64,000 bases of DNA from Rhizophagus irregularis (Eukaryota), in contig NC_089431.1 in assembly GCF_026210795.1 (NCBI RefSeq), positions 4,712,001-4,776,000 of the forward strand. The letters run 5' to 3'. Positions within the stretch are counted from its first letter, which is position 1; every line of letters starts with the position of its first letter. Below are positions 1 through 13,729 of the stretch, piece by piece. Under the pieces are notes generated by a model. That model saw nothing but the letters and a program-made list of their open reading frames with translations, did not search any database and was not told where the DNA came from. Made by a program: the position numbers and the translations under genes.

Positions 1-2470
1 ATCTATTATATTTATACATATAATTTAACTAAATTCTTTATTTAAAAAATTATTTTATATTTCTTTTAGTTGGTAAGTTATAAGTTATTTATTTAATTCT
101 ATTATATTTATATGATGTTTACGTATAATTTAAACTAACTAAATTCTTTATCTAAAAAATTATTTATTTAATAATATAGCGAGTATGTTATTTTTATATT
201 TATATAATATTTACGTAAATTTAAACTAACAAATTCTTAACTTAAAAAAATATTCAAATATTTTAGATCGTAAGTAATTTATTATATTATATAATATTTA
301 CATATAATTTAAACTAACTAAATTCTTTATTTAAATTATTTTGTAATTTCTTTTAGTTAGTAAGTTATAAGTTATTTATTTAATTCTATTATATTTATAT
401 AATGTATACATATATTTTAAACTAACCAAATTCTTTATTTAAAAAATTATTTATTTAATAATATAGCTAGTATGTCATTTATTTAATTCTATTATATTTA
501 TATAATATTTACATATAATTTAAACTAACTAAATTCTTTATTTAAAAATTATTCAAATATTTTAGATCGTAAGTGATTTATTATCATATTTATAATATTT
601 ACATAACATATAATTTAAACTAACTAAATTCTATATCAAATATTTTAGATTGTAGGTAATTTATTATATTTATATAATATTACATATAATTTAAACTAAC
701 TAAATTCTATATATAAAATTAAATATTTTAGATTGTAAGTAATTTATTATATTTATATAATAGCTTCACATAATTTAAACTACTAATTAAATTCTTTATT
801 TAAAAAATTATTCAAATATATTAGCTTGTAAGTAATTTATTAGTATATTTATATAATATTTACATATAATTTAAACTGATTAAATTTTTTATTTAAAATA
901 TTATTCAAATGTTTTATATTGTAAGTAATTTATTATTATATTTATATAATATTTAAATATAATTTAGACTAACTAAATTCTTTATTTAAAAAATTATTTT
1001 GTAATTTCTTTAGTTGGTAAGATATAAGTTATTTATTTAATTCTATTATATCTATATAATATTTACATATAATTTAAACTAACTAAATTCTTTATTTAAA
1101 AAATTATTTATTTAATAATATAGGCAGTATGTTATTTATTTAATTCTATTATATTTGTATTATGTTTACATATAATTTAAACTAACTAAATTCTTTATTT
1201 AAAAAATTATTTATTTAATAATATAGGCAGTATGTCGTTTTTAATTCTATTATATTTATATAATATTTACATATAATATAAACTAACTAAATTCTTTTAT
1301 TTAAAAAATTATTTATTTAATAATATAGGGAGTATGTTATTTATTTAATTCTATTAATATATTTATATAATTATTATAATATTTACATATAATTTAAAAA
1401 TTCATTACAATATTTTAGATTGTAAGTAATTTATTATATTTATATAATATTTAAATATAATTTAAACTAACTAAATTCTTTATTTAAAAAATTATTCAAA
1501 TATTTTAGACTGTAAGTGATTTATTATATTTATATAATGTTTACATATAATTTAAACTAACTAATTCTTTATTTAAAAATTATTCAAATATTTTAGATTG
1601 TAAGTAATTTATTACATTTATATAAAATTTACATATAATTTAAACTAATTAAATTCCTTATTTAAAAAATTATTCAAATATTTTAGATTGTAAGTAATTT
1701 ATTATTTATATAATATTTACATATAATTTAAACTAACTAAATTCCTTATTTAAAAAATTATTTTGTAATTAGTTGGTAAGATATAAGTTATTTATTTAAT
1801 TCTATTATATTTATATAATGTTTACATATAATTTAAACTAACTAAATTCTTTATTTAAAAATTATTCAAATATTTTAGATTGTAAGTAATTTATTATATT
1901 TATATAATATTTACATATAATTTAAACTAACTAAATTCTTTATTTAAAAAATTATTTTGTAATTTCCTTTAGTTGGTAAGTCATGAGTTATTTATTTAAA
2001 TCTATTATATTTATATAATAACTACATATAATTTAAACTAACTGAATTCTATTTAAAAATTATTCAATATTTTAGATCGTAAGTAAATTATTATATTTAT
2101 AAATATTTACATACAATTTAAACTAACTAAATTCTTATTTAAAATATTTTAAATCGTAAGTTATTTATTATATTTATATAGTAATGTCTACATATAATTT
2201 AAACTAACTAAGTCCTTTATTTAAAAAATCATTCAAATATTTTAGATTGTATGTAATTTATTATATTTATCCGGGGATAATCATCACCGTTGGCCAGAAT
2301 TATCAATTTTTACCGGCACTATATTTTTTAATGCTGGTCGATCGTCATAATTTCAGTCACCAGTGATCATCACCCCGGTGATAGTTAGAAAATTTAATAT
2401 CTATATTTTTTATATTTAATTTATTATACAATCTTTTTAAAAATTTTGGTAATTTATTTAGTTGGTAAGT
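1..2470 (+). repeat. Tandem array of ~25 intron-like units (~83-110 bp) separated by 3-nt putative micro-exons; runs off the left edge
   Basis: Each unit reads GTAAGT/GTATGT ... AAACTAACTAA (branch-point-like CTAAC) ... TAG, then exactly 3 nt (e.g. TTG 70-72, CGA 180-182, ATC 267-269, GCA 1124-1126, TTG 2462-2464), then the next GT. Confidence 0.8.
2271..2390. mobile_element. Short dispersed inverted-repeat element (MITE-like); second copy at ~51722-51845
   Basis: CCGGGGATAATCATCAC...GTGATCATCACCCCGG inverted ends followed by TGATAGTTAGAAAA; near-identical sequence at 51722-51845. No TSD resolved. Confidence 0.6.
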
Positions 2471-2486
2471 CATAAGTTATTATATA

Positions 2487-2619
2487 CCGTATACTTCCGA
2501 TATTAAGCACCCCCGAAAATAAGCACCTGGCCAGAATTATGAAATTTTTGGCCTACGTTATGCTGTTGCTTGCCAGCATTACGGTCAAAAAAAGGGTGCT
2601 CAATTTCGGAAGTATACGG
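2487..2619. mobile_element. Tc1/mariner-pogo-type MITE
   Basis: TIR CCGTATACTTCCGA / TCGGAAGTATACGG flanked by TA on both sides (2485-2486, 2620-2621). Confidence 0.8.
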
Positions 2620-2782
2620 TACTATTTATTTAAAATTTAAATTAATTAAATATTTATTATATTAAAATCTTATAATTTTATTTAGAGTAAGTATAATTAT
2701 TATTGTTTAATATTTAAATTTTTAATCGTAAATTTTATTTTAAACCTTAATTTTTAATATAAATTTATTTTTATATTTAAAG

Positions 2783-5515
2783 ATTTGGTACTAGTGGAAG
2801 TGAAATTATGGATCAATTTATTTTTAAAAATAAATTAAAATGGATTCCTTATGATAAATTTGAAAATATTGAATATTTTGATAAAGGAGAATTTGGTACT
2901 ATATATAAAGCTAAATATGATATTATTGAAGTAATTCTTAAATATTTTGATTATCTTAATAATTCAGATGAAGGTTTAAATGAATTACTAAATGAAGTAT
3001 GATTAAATATAATTCTTTTTTAATATTTATAATTTGTTATACTAATTAACTAAATATTATTTCTTTATAGCGGAAAATTATTAATTCAAATGAAATTATT
3101 GAAATATATGGATTTACAAAAGATCCAGATACTTTGGATTATGTATTAGTAATGGAGTATACAAATAAAGGCAGTTTAAAAAGATGTTTAACAGAAATAA
3201 CAAAAAATTGGAAACAAAAATTATTTTGTTTATATCAAATTATTAAGGGTCTTAATTATATTCATGAAAAAGATCTTATTCATTATAACTTTCATAATGG
3301 TAATATTTTATGTAACGAATATACAGGAAATATATATGGAATTCTTATTAGTGATTATTTAGGATTATATCAACTTGCAAAATCTATTTTAAAAGAAAAT
3401 AATATTTATGGAGTTTTACCATTTATAGCACCTGAAATTTTAAGAGGTCAACCTTATACTCAAGCTAGTGATATATATAGTTTTTCTATAATTATGTGGG
3501 AATTTACATCTGAAATTCCACCATTTAATGATAAAGCACATGATCTTCAACTTGCTTTAAGTATTTGTAAAGGCAAACGTCCTGAAATTATTGAAAATAC
3601 TCCACTATGCTATATAGATTTAATGACAAAATGCTGGGATGAAGATCCATTAAAAAGGCCATCTTCTAAAGAAGTTTTAAAAATTATTAAAAATTGGATT
3701 TTTCGTCCTGAGAATAAGAAAATTAAAGATATTATTAATGAAGAATTAATAAACAATATTATGGAATTTATAAATGCACCAATTGAGCATAATAACCTTA
3801 TTGTAAAATCTCATCCAAAAGCATACTCAACAAGTCATTTATTTGATTTTACTAGTAAAGAACTAAATGAAATTCTAGAAGGCACTCAAGGATTTTTTGA
3901 ATCAAAACAAAATTATCAAAGTTCTTATAATATTCAAATGGAATTAGTTAATTTACAACAAAACTCAACTTTACAAAATGAAGAATTTGCAAAAAAAGAA
4001 AACACTTTACAAATCCAAATTAAAAACTTGCAAAGTGAAAAGCAAGCTTTAGATGGTAAGCTGACTGAACAGTTAAAACAAAACAGTCAGTTAAATCAAG
4101 AAAAAAATAATTTGCAAGATAAATTAGTCCAAACAGAAGCCATTATTCAAGAATTAAAATCTCAGCAAGATCAATTTAAAAATCAATTAATTCAAATAGA
4201 GGAAGAAAATTTTAAGTTAGAAAATGAATTAGTTGATTTACAACAAAAGAATTTTAAATTTGAACAAAATAATCAAAATTTGAGGCTTAATTTAGCTATA
4301 CAAATTAAAAAATTTGCAGAAAAAGAAAATGTTTTACAAACCCAAATCATTGACCTGCAAAATGAAATGCAATTCTTAATTGATAATTTAACTAAACAAT
4401 TGGAACAAAATAAACAGACTAACCAGCAAATTCAAGTTCAAGTTAGTCAGTTAAAGCAAGAAAAATTTGATTTACAAGAAAAATTAATTCAAACAGAAGT
4501 TAATATTCAAGAATTAAAATCTCAGCAAGAAAGCTTAACTGAACAAAAAGAGCAATTAGAAAATAAACTAAGTCAGTCCCAAGTTAATTGTGAACAGATA
4601 GAACAAGAAAAGATCAGGTTGCACAATATGGTAAAAGGTCTTTCACAAGAACAAAAGCTTACAACTAAATTGAAAACCAAGTTGGAAAAAGAAATTGCTC
4701 AATTGGAACAAAAATTGATTATTGAAGAACAAATCAAAATGCAATTAACTCAAGCTTTACAGATAAAAGATGATAAAATAAATGAATTAGAAAAGAAACT
4801 TGTTACTCTTGATCAAGAACGTATTAAGCAGCTAAAAGACAAAGTAAAAGAATTGAATAAAATTGAGAAGGAATTATTAAATAAATTAACTAGTGGAGAA
4901 AATACTAAGGAAATTCATAAAGAAAAAGAAGCTAAACAAAAAGAGATGAATGAACTCCAGCAAGAATTATCAAGAACCTCAGATTCTTATGATGCCAATA
5001 GAAAAAAACTGATTATCAGTCAAGTCAACAATTTTCTGAAAGTTAAGGGTGATTTCCTAACCTTACGAGAAGAAGCTATTAAAAAACTACAAAATTGTTG
5101 TAATCATCTAGAAAGCTCCATTAATAAGGAAAGAAATACTATTAGTTCTATCAGAGATTTAAAAACCTCTAAATTGACTGACAAATATACTAAAGAATTT
5201 CAAAGTATTCTTGTAAAATATAATGATGGATTATTAGAGCTGAACAAAGATTATTATTTTTTAAAGAATGTTGTTCAGGAAAATAAAGAGCTGGAAGTTA
5301 GCCTCATGATTGAGAATATTCTTAAGTTGAATTTTTTCAATCTTGATAAATACAAAATTTTTAAATTTGCTACTAATTCTCAGGAAGGAACCAGAATTCA
5401 ATTAAATTCTAATATGATGGAAGAAGATATAAATTCATTGAGAAAGAATTTGAATGAATTGAAATTAGAATTGAACCAAGAAAAAAATGAATTAAAAAAT
5501 CTAGCAACAGTTTAG
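2783..5515 (+). CDS. TKL-like protein (pseudo)kinase with long C-terminal coiled coil; exons 2783-2996 and 3071-5515, further 5' exons probably in the micro-exon array
   Basis: GTSG..MDQFI and LKWIPY pre-kinase motifs, KGEFG, LVMEY, APE, SDIYSF, CWDEDPLKRP. GT-AG intron 2997-3070 joins the two ORFs in frame. The HRD motif reads HYN. Confidence 0.85.
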
Positions 5516-6429
5516 ATATATTGATTCATTGAAATGAAATAGGTATAGTATTTAACAAAATATATGAATATATATTCTAGAACACTATAGCACTCAGATT
5601 TTTAATGAAAGAAAATATATAGTTTTAGAAATTTTGAGTTTTTCTTTTTATTAAATTATAACTGTATTTTTATATTTTTTTGTTTTGTTTGTCAAAAGGT
5701 TTCAATAAAGGATCATAAACTTTTTTGGGAGTTCATTTAAATAACCATTATATATTTTAAATGTTATACTTATATTTAAATTAAAAACAAATAAAACTAT
5801 ATATACAATATATAAGAATACTAAATAAGCAAAACTTTTGAGCATTGATTAAATAATATTGTATATCTTAGTTTAGGAAGAAGTGATTTATTATCCAAAA
5901 AAAAAAATAATAGTAATATGATTTATTAATTTAATTCAAAATATAAAAGATGAAAATTTATTAGCTGAACTAGTAAAATATCCAATTAAAATATTTATGA
6001 ATATTCACTAATAATAAAATTGTAATTACCATTATCGATTTATAGTGTTTTTACATATTATAATTATAAAAATATATAATATCTGCAAGTGCTAAATAAT
6101 TGGTAAAAAAGCAATTTCTCTCATATTTTGGTATTATAACACTAGCAAGGCAGATTGCAAAACTATTAAGAGAAAAATTTTACAAGAGCTTAATAAATTG
6201 GGAAAAATATATTTGAAAATAAATAGAAGTAAGAAAAGCAAGCATATACAACTTTAAAAGAGTTTTGAAAGATGATTTTGAAATCCACAAAGAATGAAAG
6301 GAACATTTAATTGTATAAAAATACTAAAGATATAGCAATATAATTTGATATCATATGCTTGAAGGCAAGATCCACACTATATATTATCAAATAATAAATA
6401 AGTTTATTATTAGTCCCTATGTATGATAT

Positions 6430-6720
6430 TCAAGGTTATCTGTTATGGATTACTTTATATTATTAGGATAAATAGCGATTTATGTACCTGTGACTTAAAT
6501 TGAACCATTATAACTAGAAATTTTGTAAGGCTTGGTAAATTTACTAGATCAGCTACACTGGATATATATTTTTTAGCGATAATCCCAGATAGAATGCACT
6601 ATCTTGACTTGAGATTGTTTAAATACCAAGTGACATATATAAAGTATGTGGTCAAATAGCAATTGAAATTGATAATCGTTTAAGCTGCAATCCAAAGATT
6701 CCCTGATCTCAAGATACTGC
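6430..6720 (+). pseudogene. Decayed CMC/EnSpm (Plavaka-like) transposase fragment
   Basis: Translation at ~6577-6630 gives AIIPDRMHYLDLRLFKYQ, followed by DNRL..AIQRFPDLKI with stops and frameshifts. Resembles the PDxMHxLDLG motif of fungal Plavaka/EnSpm transposases (from memory). Limits approximate. Confidence 0.5.
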
Positions 6721-8049
6721 AACAATTACATTAAGTAAACGACATAACTTAATTACACTACAAAAGTAAAAATTAAAGATAAATTCAAATATTTAAATCT
6801 CTTATTCTAATATAAACATATATAATTTTTATAAATTTAAATTTATTCAAAACTGTCTACAGCTTTTATAGTTTATAGATGAAAATTAAATTTTATATAA
6901 TTATAAATTATCATTATAAATGTAGAGTATAGACTCTTGTCAATTGTAAGTTTAGAAATTATCATTTAAGAGCTAAAATTTTAAAAGTAATTAATTATAT
7001 TTTGATGATAAAATAAAATTAATAAATTCAGAATTTTCAAAATTCTCTAAATTTCCATGTAAAGAATGTCAATTGACTATATAAAAATTTTGAATATAAA
7101 AATTTCTAGCCTATATAGAAGAAATTGACAATAACAAAAAATTTCTTATTTATACTATATATATATAATTCTATAGTATTATAATTGTTGCCAAAGTAAG
7201 TCAATATAATAAGTAGCATACTTTTAAATCAAAACAATATTGGTGCAGGAAAAAAACTGTTCCTTATATGTCCATAATAAAACTTATTTAAGAAAGCAAG
7301 AGTTTAAAATGACAAGAAAAGTTGTATTGAGAATGTGAAATTAAGGGAGCAGAAATATACCTTTATTTTTGTTATAATATCCACTCACAAATTTTGATAA
7401 CACAAAATAGTAATCAACAAATCTTAATTTCTACTATATATAATAATTGTATGGTATTGTTTAGCATTGTCATAAAATTTCTAAAAAAAAAATAGTTTAT
7501 CATATATAATTCTATAATTTTTATATAAATATAAGCCATGTTTGACAGGTTTAATTTATTATCTTTATAATCTTGCTTAATAAAATGGCTATAGTAATTA
7601 CTTGTTTTTGAAAGAATTTCTATCAATTTTATTACAATAGCACATTGCTATAATAACATCTTGGAGGAAAAAAAATTATTTCACATAGTCCTTTTAATTG
7701 ACTTGTCATGTAATAGGTTTATTAAAGGCAATGTATATGAATGTTATGTGAATGGACTTTTTAGTATTTAATCTAATTTAATTATCTAAATTCTAAATAT
7801 GTTACCTTACATTTACACTATAAATTCTAATAAGTATATTAATGAAAGAATTAAAAATCTAAAAAAATGAAACACCACCATTAATGTAAAAAGTTTGCAA
7901 TAAAAATGTTACAGAGTATTTTTGGTAATCACATGAATATATCACATATTTTTAATAATATCATTAATATTAGATTTATTATGAACATTAAAAACATATA
8001 AATAAAATATTACAAAGTTTAAATAGAATAGTTTTTAACGTAGGCAGAT

Positions 8050-8400
8050 ATGAGCATACATAAAGAAGGAGCTAAAGATAACGAAGCAATGAAGAATTGG
8101 GCGATGAAAATGAATAATTTCTTGTGGTTGGGTCGCAAAATCATCAATTTGGCAGAACAAAGTAATATTTTGAGTGAATACGCCACGCTAAATGAAGATT
8201 TCACAAAATGGCTCAAGAACGAGAATCGCCTGACAGATAAGAAAGAGACAGGTGATAAAAGACCAAAGAAAGAGAGTCCATCTGCGAGGACAATGCGGAT
8301 GACATCTCCTGAGAATAGAGAGCAATACTTGCAAAGACTCTTGGAACGATTAGAACAGAAAAGAGAGGAAGTTAGCAAGTGGCAAAAAGCGAAGAAGTGA
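8050..8400 (+). CDS. Hypothetical charged protein, possibly a TE/retroposon remnant
   Basis: 116-aa ORF in a locally GC-richer patch; no motif recognised. Confidence 0.25.
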   Translation: MSIHKEGAKDNEAMKNWAMKMNNFLWLGRKIINLAEQSNILSEYATLNEDFTKWLKNENRLTDKKETGDKRPKKESPSARTMRMTSPENREQYLQRLLERLEQKREEVSKWQKAKK

Positions 8401-9336
8401 GGAACAGCAATGAATAGATCGTTAATTGCAATAGAAGTCACGTGATTCCATGTATAAAATATTCTGATAAAAAAAAATTTTTATTTAAGTAGCGAGGGGA
8501 ATGAGAGAATTTATTACTAACTTTTCCTCCCATCACATTTCGTCCTACAAGAAATAAAAGTTGGGATGATTGCTACTGAACGTAAGGCTTTCGGGCTCCA
8601 TCTGATTTTTCAGTTTAAGTTTCAGTCTTATAGCAAATTCCCTCCTGTAACGTTTGAGTTTTGTTTTTAGTGATGTTCTGTTTCTTATAAGATATTTTGT
8701 TTTTTTTTGTCTTCTTTAGTTAGGTTTCATTTTATTTGTTGAATCTGGATAACAGGAGTTTTATTTATTAGGATCTTAACATTGCGTGACCATACATATT
8801 ATAGCATATAGTCCGTTATATTTAGACTAGATTACCCTTTGCTATAGAGCCAATGATACTCGAGGTCTGCGGTTCTAAGTATTTCAAAAATTAATATGTA
8901 TCATTAATAAAGAAACGCAGTGAAGTACTTAAATTCTGTTGAAAATAGTGATGCCAGTCACTATGAAGAATTTCAGCTTACAGAGTGCAAAAATTAAATG
9001 GTTTAACCATCTAGTTGCTGCCATACTACAATTCAGAATTTTTAAAAAGTTCAATTAACATTTCATTTTTTTATTAACTATCTTTCGTAACTTAAGAACG
9101 TTGAGCTTCAATCATTGAAATCTATTATTTCACTTTGTAAGATAAATTTAATAAGTAATGCAAAAAAAATTTCACGTTTACATGTTTATTTGGAAATCTT
9201 TTTATTACTTACCTTATTTTGTTTAAGTGCATCTCATTTAATAATAAAGCCCAAGTGCAACGAAGGACTACATAATTCTACGCAAGGTGATACGAATGTC
9301 CTGGTGTCTGCCACGCGACAGTGTAGAATAACACAA

Positions 9337-9985
9337 CCCTATAAAAAATAAATGTCCGGAAAATGTCTACGAAAATGTCTGGAAATTGTCCAGAATAAAT
9401 CTGGCATGTCCAGAAATTGTCCGGAAAATGTCTATTTTTTGCTACAAATTTGATACCTAAAATTTTGACATATCCGGACTTTGTCCAGAATATATGCAGA
9501 ATTTGTCCAGTATAAAATTTTGGACAAATTCCGGACATAGTAAAAATTCAGATAATTTGAACTGGACAAATTCCGGACATGAAAAAATTCTGGACAAATT
9601 CTGGACGCTACTTCCAAAAAAGGATAAATTAATTTTGTAAAAAAATGCAAAAAGCACAAGACTGACATTCATAACCTTCTTTGTCATACTAATTAAATTT
9701 GCTGAGCAGGCAAAAATACTATATATTTATGATATAAAACTTTAAGTTAAAAGCAATTATAATGGTCACCTGTTGATCATCTTTTTGTGCCAAATTTTAT
9801 GAAAAAATATTTCAGGTCAATTTCCGGACAAATTCTGGACAAAATGAGTGTCCGGAAACGAGTGTGTTTTCAGAACAATTTCCGGACATGGTACCTGGCA
9901 TTTTCTGGACATTTTCTGGACAATTATTTTAGACAAATTTTCAGGACAATTTCTGGACAATTCCGGACACTTATTTTTTATAGGG
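9337..9985. mobile_element. Non-autonomous CMC/CACTA-like DNA transposon
   Basis: TIR CCCTATAAAAAATAA.TGTCCGGAA at both ends, 3-bp TSD CAA (9334-9336, 9986-9988), many subterminal TCCGGACA/TGTCCGGA repeats. Confidence 0.8.
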
Positions 9986-10930
9986 CAACCTCAGACTTAA
10001 TAATGGTTGTTCTGAATTTAATCGGTGTTGGAATGAAATTCAGATCATTTTTATATGTGCAGAGCGCACATTGTTCACAAAAGTGTTGTGCGCAACCTAT
10101 GAAGTGCTCTTAGTGCAATATCGCCTATCTCTATTTTCACATGCGCCGGTGATGCGCGGAAATTTAAGCTGCGCCAGCTGCACAGATATCACTGATCTTA
10201 ATTCTGGCCAAATTATTTTCGGGCCAGAATTTAAGAAGTCACGTGCAAGCTTTTGTCACTGACCGTAAATATTTGTCAAAAATAAAAGTGATAACTGCAG
10301 AGCAATCTTTATATTAAAAATTTTGGTAATATTTAGGTTACCCTGTATAAACTAATTTGAATTGTATTATGTATAATATATGTATCCGTCAAATTTATTA
10401 CGGATTTCTATCATAGATTATGTCATTAAGAGATGCCGATCATTTTCATTTATCACTGAAATTTAACAAAGAATCTAATATTTTTCTTCATGCTCCAAAA
10501 TATTCTTTGTGTAAGTTCATTGATCCTGGTGCGAAGCAATAGGCTATTGTTAGTTTAAAATTAAAAATTATAATTATTAATAGACTTTGGTGTTACTATC
10601 GCTGTTATAAAAAATTTACTCTTATTAATAATTAGCATAGTCTGTAACTCGTGTAACTTACCTTTTAAGTCTATTTTTATTTGAATGTTATGTAAATTAT
10701 TTATAATTTACCTTTTATTCAATTGGCTATGTCATATCATGTAAATATTTGCACAACGAAATGACCAATGGTGATTTGAATAGCACATAAGAGTGAGGTC
10801 ACACGGGTCACACCAACTCTTTTGTACGAGTAGATCTGCATAATACATATGTTTATATTTCGTACATTTTTCTTATCGTCGTTGCTCTTTGAGCCTGAAA
10901 ATTTTAAAATATAAATTTCAATTTTTAAGG

Positions 10931-13729
10931 ATGGCAGAAACAAATTATCATATTAATTGGTTGGAAAAATCAATTATTAAACAAAAGATAGATTATTACG
11001 ATTATTCAGATTTTAAAAACAAACGACTAATAGGAGGTGGTTCATTTGGAAACGTCGTACGTGCTACATGGAAAAACACCGATTCACTTTTTGCTTTGAA
11101 GTTCTTTAAAAATGATAAAGTAACACTTAAAGAAATTATTAAGGAGGTATTAAAATAAATATATTTCAAAAATTTTTACATCTTTTACATTTTTTTAAAT
11201 TATATGAAAAGATTATTCTTAATTTTCGTTTAAATACCGCAGTTAAAATTACATCGGAAGGTTAATTCTCATGAAAATATTATATATTTTTATGGAATCA
11301 CAAAAGTAAAAGATGGTAAGTATTAGAAATAAACCATCGTTATAATAATAACAACAACTTTTTACGGTATTAAAAAAAACATATATATTTTTAGATGAAA
11401 CGATTGAAGTATCTCAAGAGATAAAATACTCGTTAGTTTTGGAATATGCTGATAGTGGTACATTGGAAACTTATTTAAACGAGCATTTTAATGAACTTAA
11501 ATGGAATGACAAACTGAAACTGGCATTTCAATTAGCAAGTGCTGTATCACATTTACATAAACGTGATATTATTCATCGCGATCTGGTAATGATCAATTAT
11601 TTTTTTTTTCTTTTATAATTTATTATGTCAAATTTTGATTATTTCTTTCTTATTTTAATTTAAAAACAGCACGCGAACAATGTTCTTATACATCAGAAAA
11701 ATATTAAGTTGGCAGATTTTGGTTTATCAAAGAAGATTGCCGAAGCATCAAGTAATATATCCAAAATACATGGTGTGATTCCTTATGTTGACCCGAAAGT
11801 GTTTAACAAGAATCAAAATGAAAAATATAAATTAGATAAAAAATCTGATATATATAGTATTGGAGTTTTAATGTGGCAAATTTCGAGTGGATATCAACCG
11901 TTTTCTTCTAAAGGTGTTAATTATGATTTAAGTTTAATTTTATCTATTTCCAATGGTGAAAGAGAAGAAATTATTGTTGGAACTCCAATTGAATATAGTA
12001 ATTTATATTCAGGTAATAAGCGAAATATCTAGTATTTTAATACTTAAAAGAAGATTAATAACAATTTTATTGTTTATTTAATTTAGAATGTTGGAAATAT
12101 GAACCAAATGAACGTCCAGATATACAAGAGGTTGTCTCTAATCTTGGATCAATTTTTCTCGAAAGAAGTGACATAATTCTTTATATTAATAGCGAAAGAA
12201 AAGAAGATAATTTACTAATCGATCAATATAGTAACTCAAATTCATATAAAGAATCTATGGGAATAAATGATAATTTATCAGTACCAAGTAATATTAAGTT
12301 TGAAGGAAGTTTAAGCTCATATATGGGCCAAAATGTTACTTTAAGTATAATGGAACGTGATAATAATACAACATCGTCAACAGATACATTTGAATCATCT
12401 ATTGATAATATTGTTATTGATGAATTAATCAAAATCATGATCAAAAATCATGATAAAGGTATTACATTTGACCAGATTAAAGAAATTATAAATGAAAAAA
12501 TATTAAAATCAGGTCGAACTAAAGACAAACTCGCAAATTGGTTAATAAAAAATCAAGTTGGATCACAATATATACATTTTCTTGGATTGTTATATTATTA
12601 TAATATTTATAATATTGGTATAGAAGAAAATAGTGTTAAAGCATTTGAATTATTTTCAAAGGCATCAAAAAGTGATTATTCGTTAGCTCAAGTTTATCTT
12701 GCCAAATGTTACAATGATGGATGTGGAACTGAAAAAGATAATATCTTGGCATTTCATTGGTATAAAAAATCTGTAAAAAATGGAAGTAATATTGGAGAAT
12801 TTTATTTAGGATACTGCTATGAATTTGGAATTGGAACCCTAATAGATAAAAAGAAATCAGTTGAACTATATCGAAAAGCAGCTAAAAATGGAAATATTAC
12901 AGCAACAATTTATCTTGCGGATTGTTATAGATTAGGAAAAGGTGTTGACAAGAATGAAACTAAAGCATTTGAGTATTACAGAATACTGGCTAATAAAGAT
13001 GTAATTGATGCACAATATCAACTTGGAAATTGCTTTTATCATGGAATTGGAACAGAAATAGATAAAAAACAAGCTTTTAATTGGTATAAAAAAGCAACAA
13101 TTAATGGAAATTTTTTTGCAAAAGATATACTTAAAATATATTTTAGTAAAGAAGAAAGAGTTGAGATAGACGAACTTAAAGATACAAAATTTCCTAAAAT
13201 CTTTTCTTCCAAAAGTTTGACTCAATATGGATTAAACTATCTTGGAATTATGTTATCAAAAACAAATTATGAGAAAGCATTTTATTATTTTCATAAAACA
13301 GCTGAAGATGGATGTAAATTTGCAAAATTTAACTTAGGTGGATGCTATCAACTAGGAAAAGGCGTAAAAAAAGATGAAAGAAAAGCATATGAATTATACA
13401 ATCAATCAGCCAGCCAAGGATTTATAGATGCAAAGTTAAATCTGGGTTATTGTTATGAGTATGGAATTGGGACTGATATTAACGAGACGAAAGCATTTGA
13501 ATTATATAAAATAGCTGCAGAAAATGGAAACGCCATTGCTTGTTTCAAATTAGGTTTATGCTACACGTTAGGATATGGAGTTAACATAGATAAAAAGAAA
13601 GCCCTTCAGCTATTTAAAAAGGGAATTGAAAAAAGAGGAGTTGATAGAAAAGTAAAATTAACAATAATAAGGACTATGGAATCGATATATCAACATCTAG
13701 TGGCAGAATCTCTCTTTTCAAGAGAATAA
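10931..13729 (+). CDS. TKL-like protein kinase with C-terminal Sel1-like repeats; exons 10931-11146, 11243-11315, 11395-11585, 11670-12012, 12087-13729
   Basis: GGGSFG, FALK, HRDLH, DFG, SDIYSIG and [10 protein letters not shown] across four GT-AG introns; repeated A..LG.CY..G.G...D...AF..Y.KAA Sel1 units. Confidence 0.92.

Noticed and set aside
1..2470. CRISPR array or plain satellite
   Set aside because: No unique spacers or cas genes in a eukaryotic context; units carry ordered splice signals.
9278..10113. Several short ORFs on both strands
   Set aside because: They lie in the subterminal repeats of a non-autonomous transposon; no protein motif.
10040..10200. GC-richer patch ending in a possible hAT-like terminus (CAGTGATATCTGTGCAGC on minus strand)
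   Set aside because: No matching second end or TSD found.
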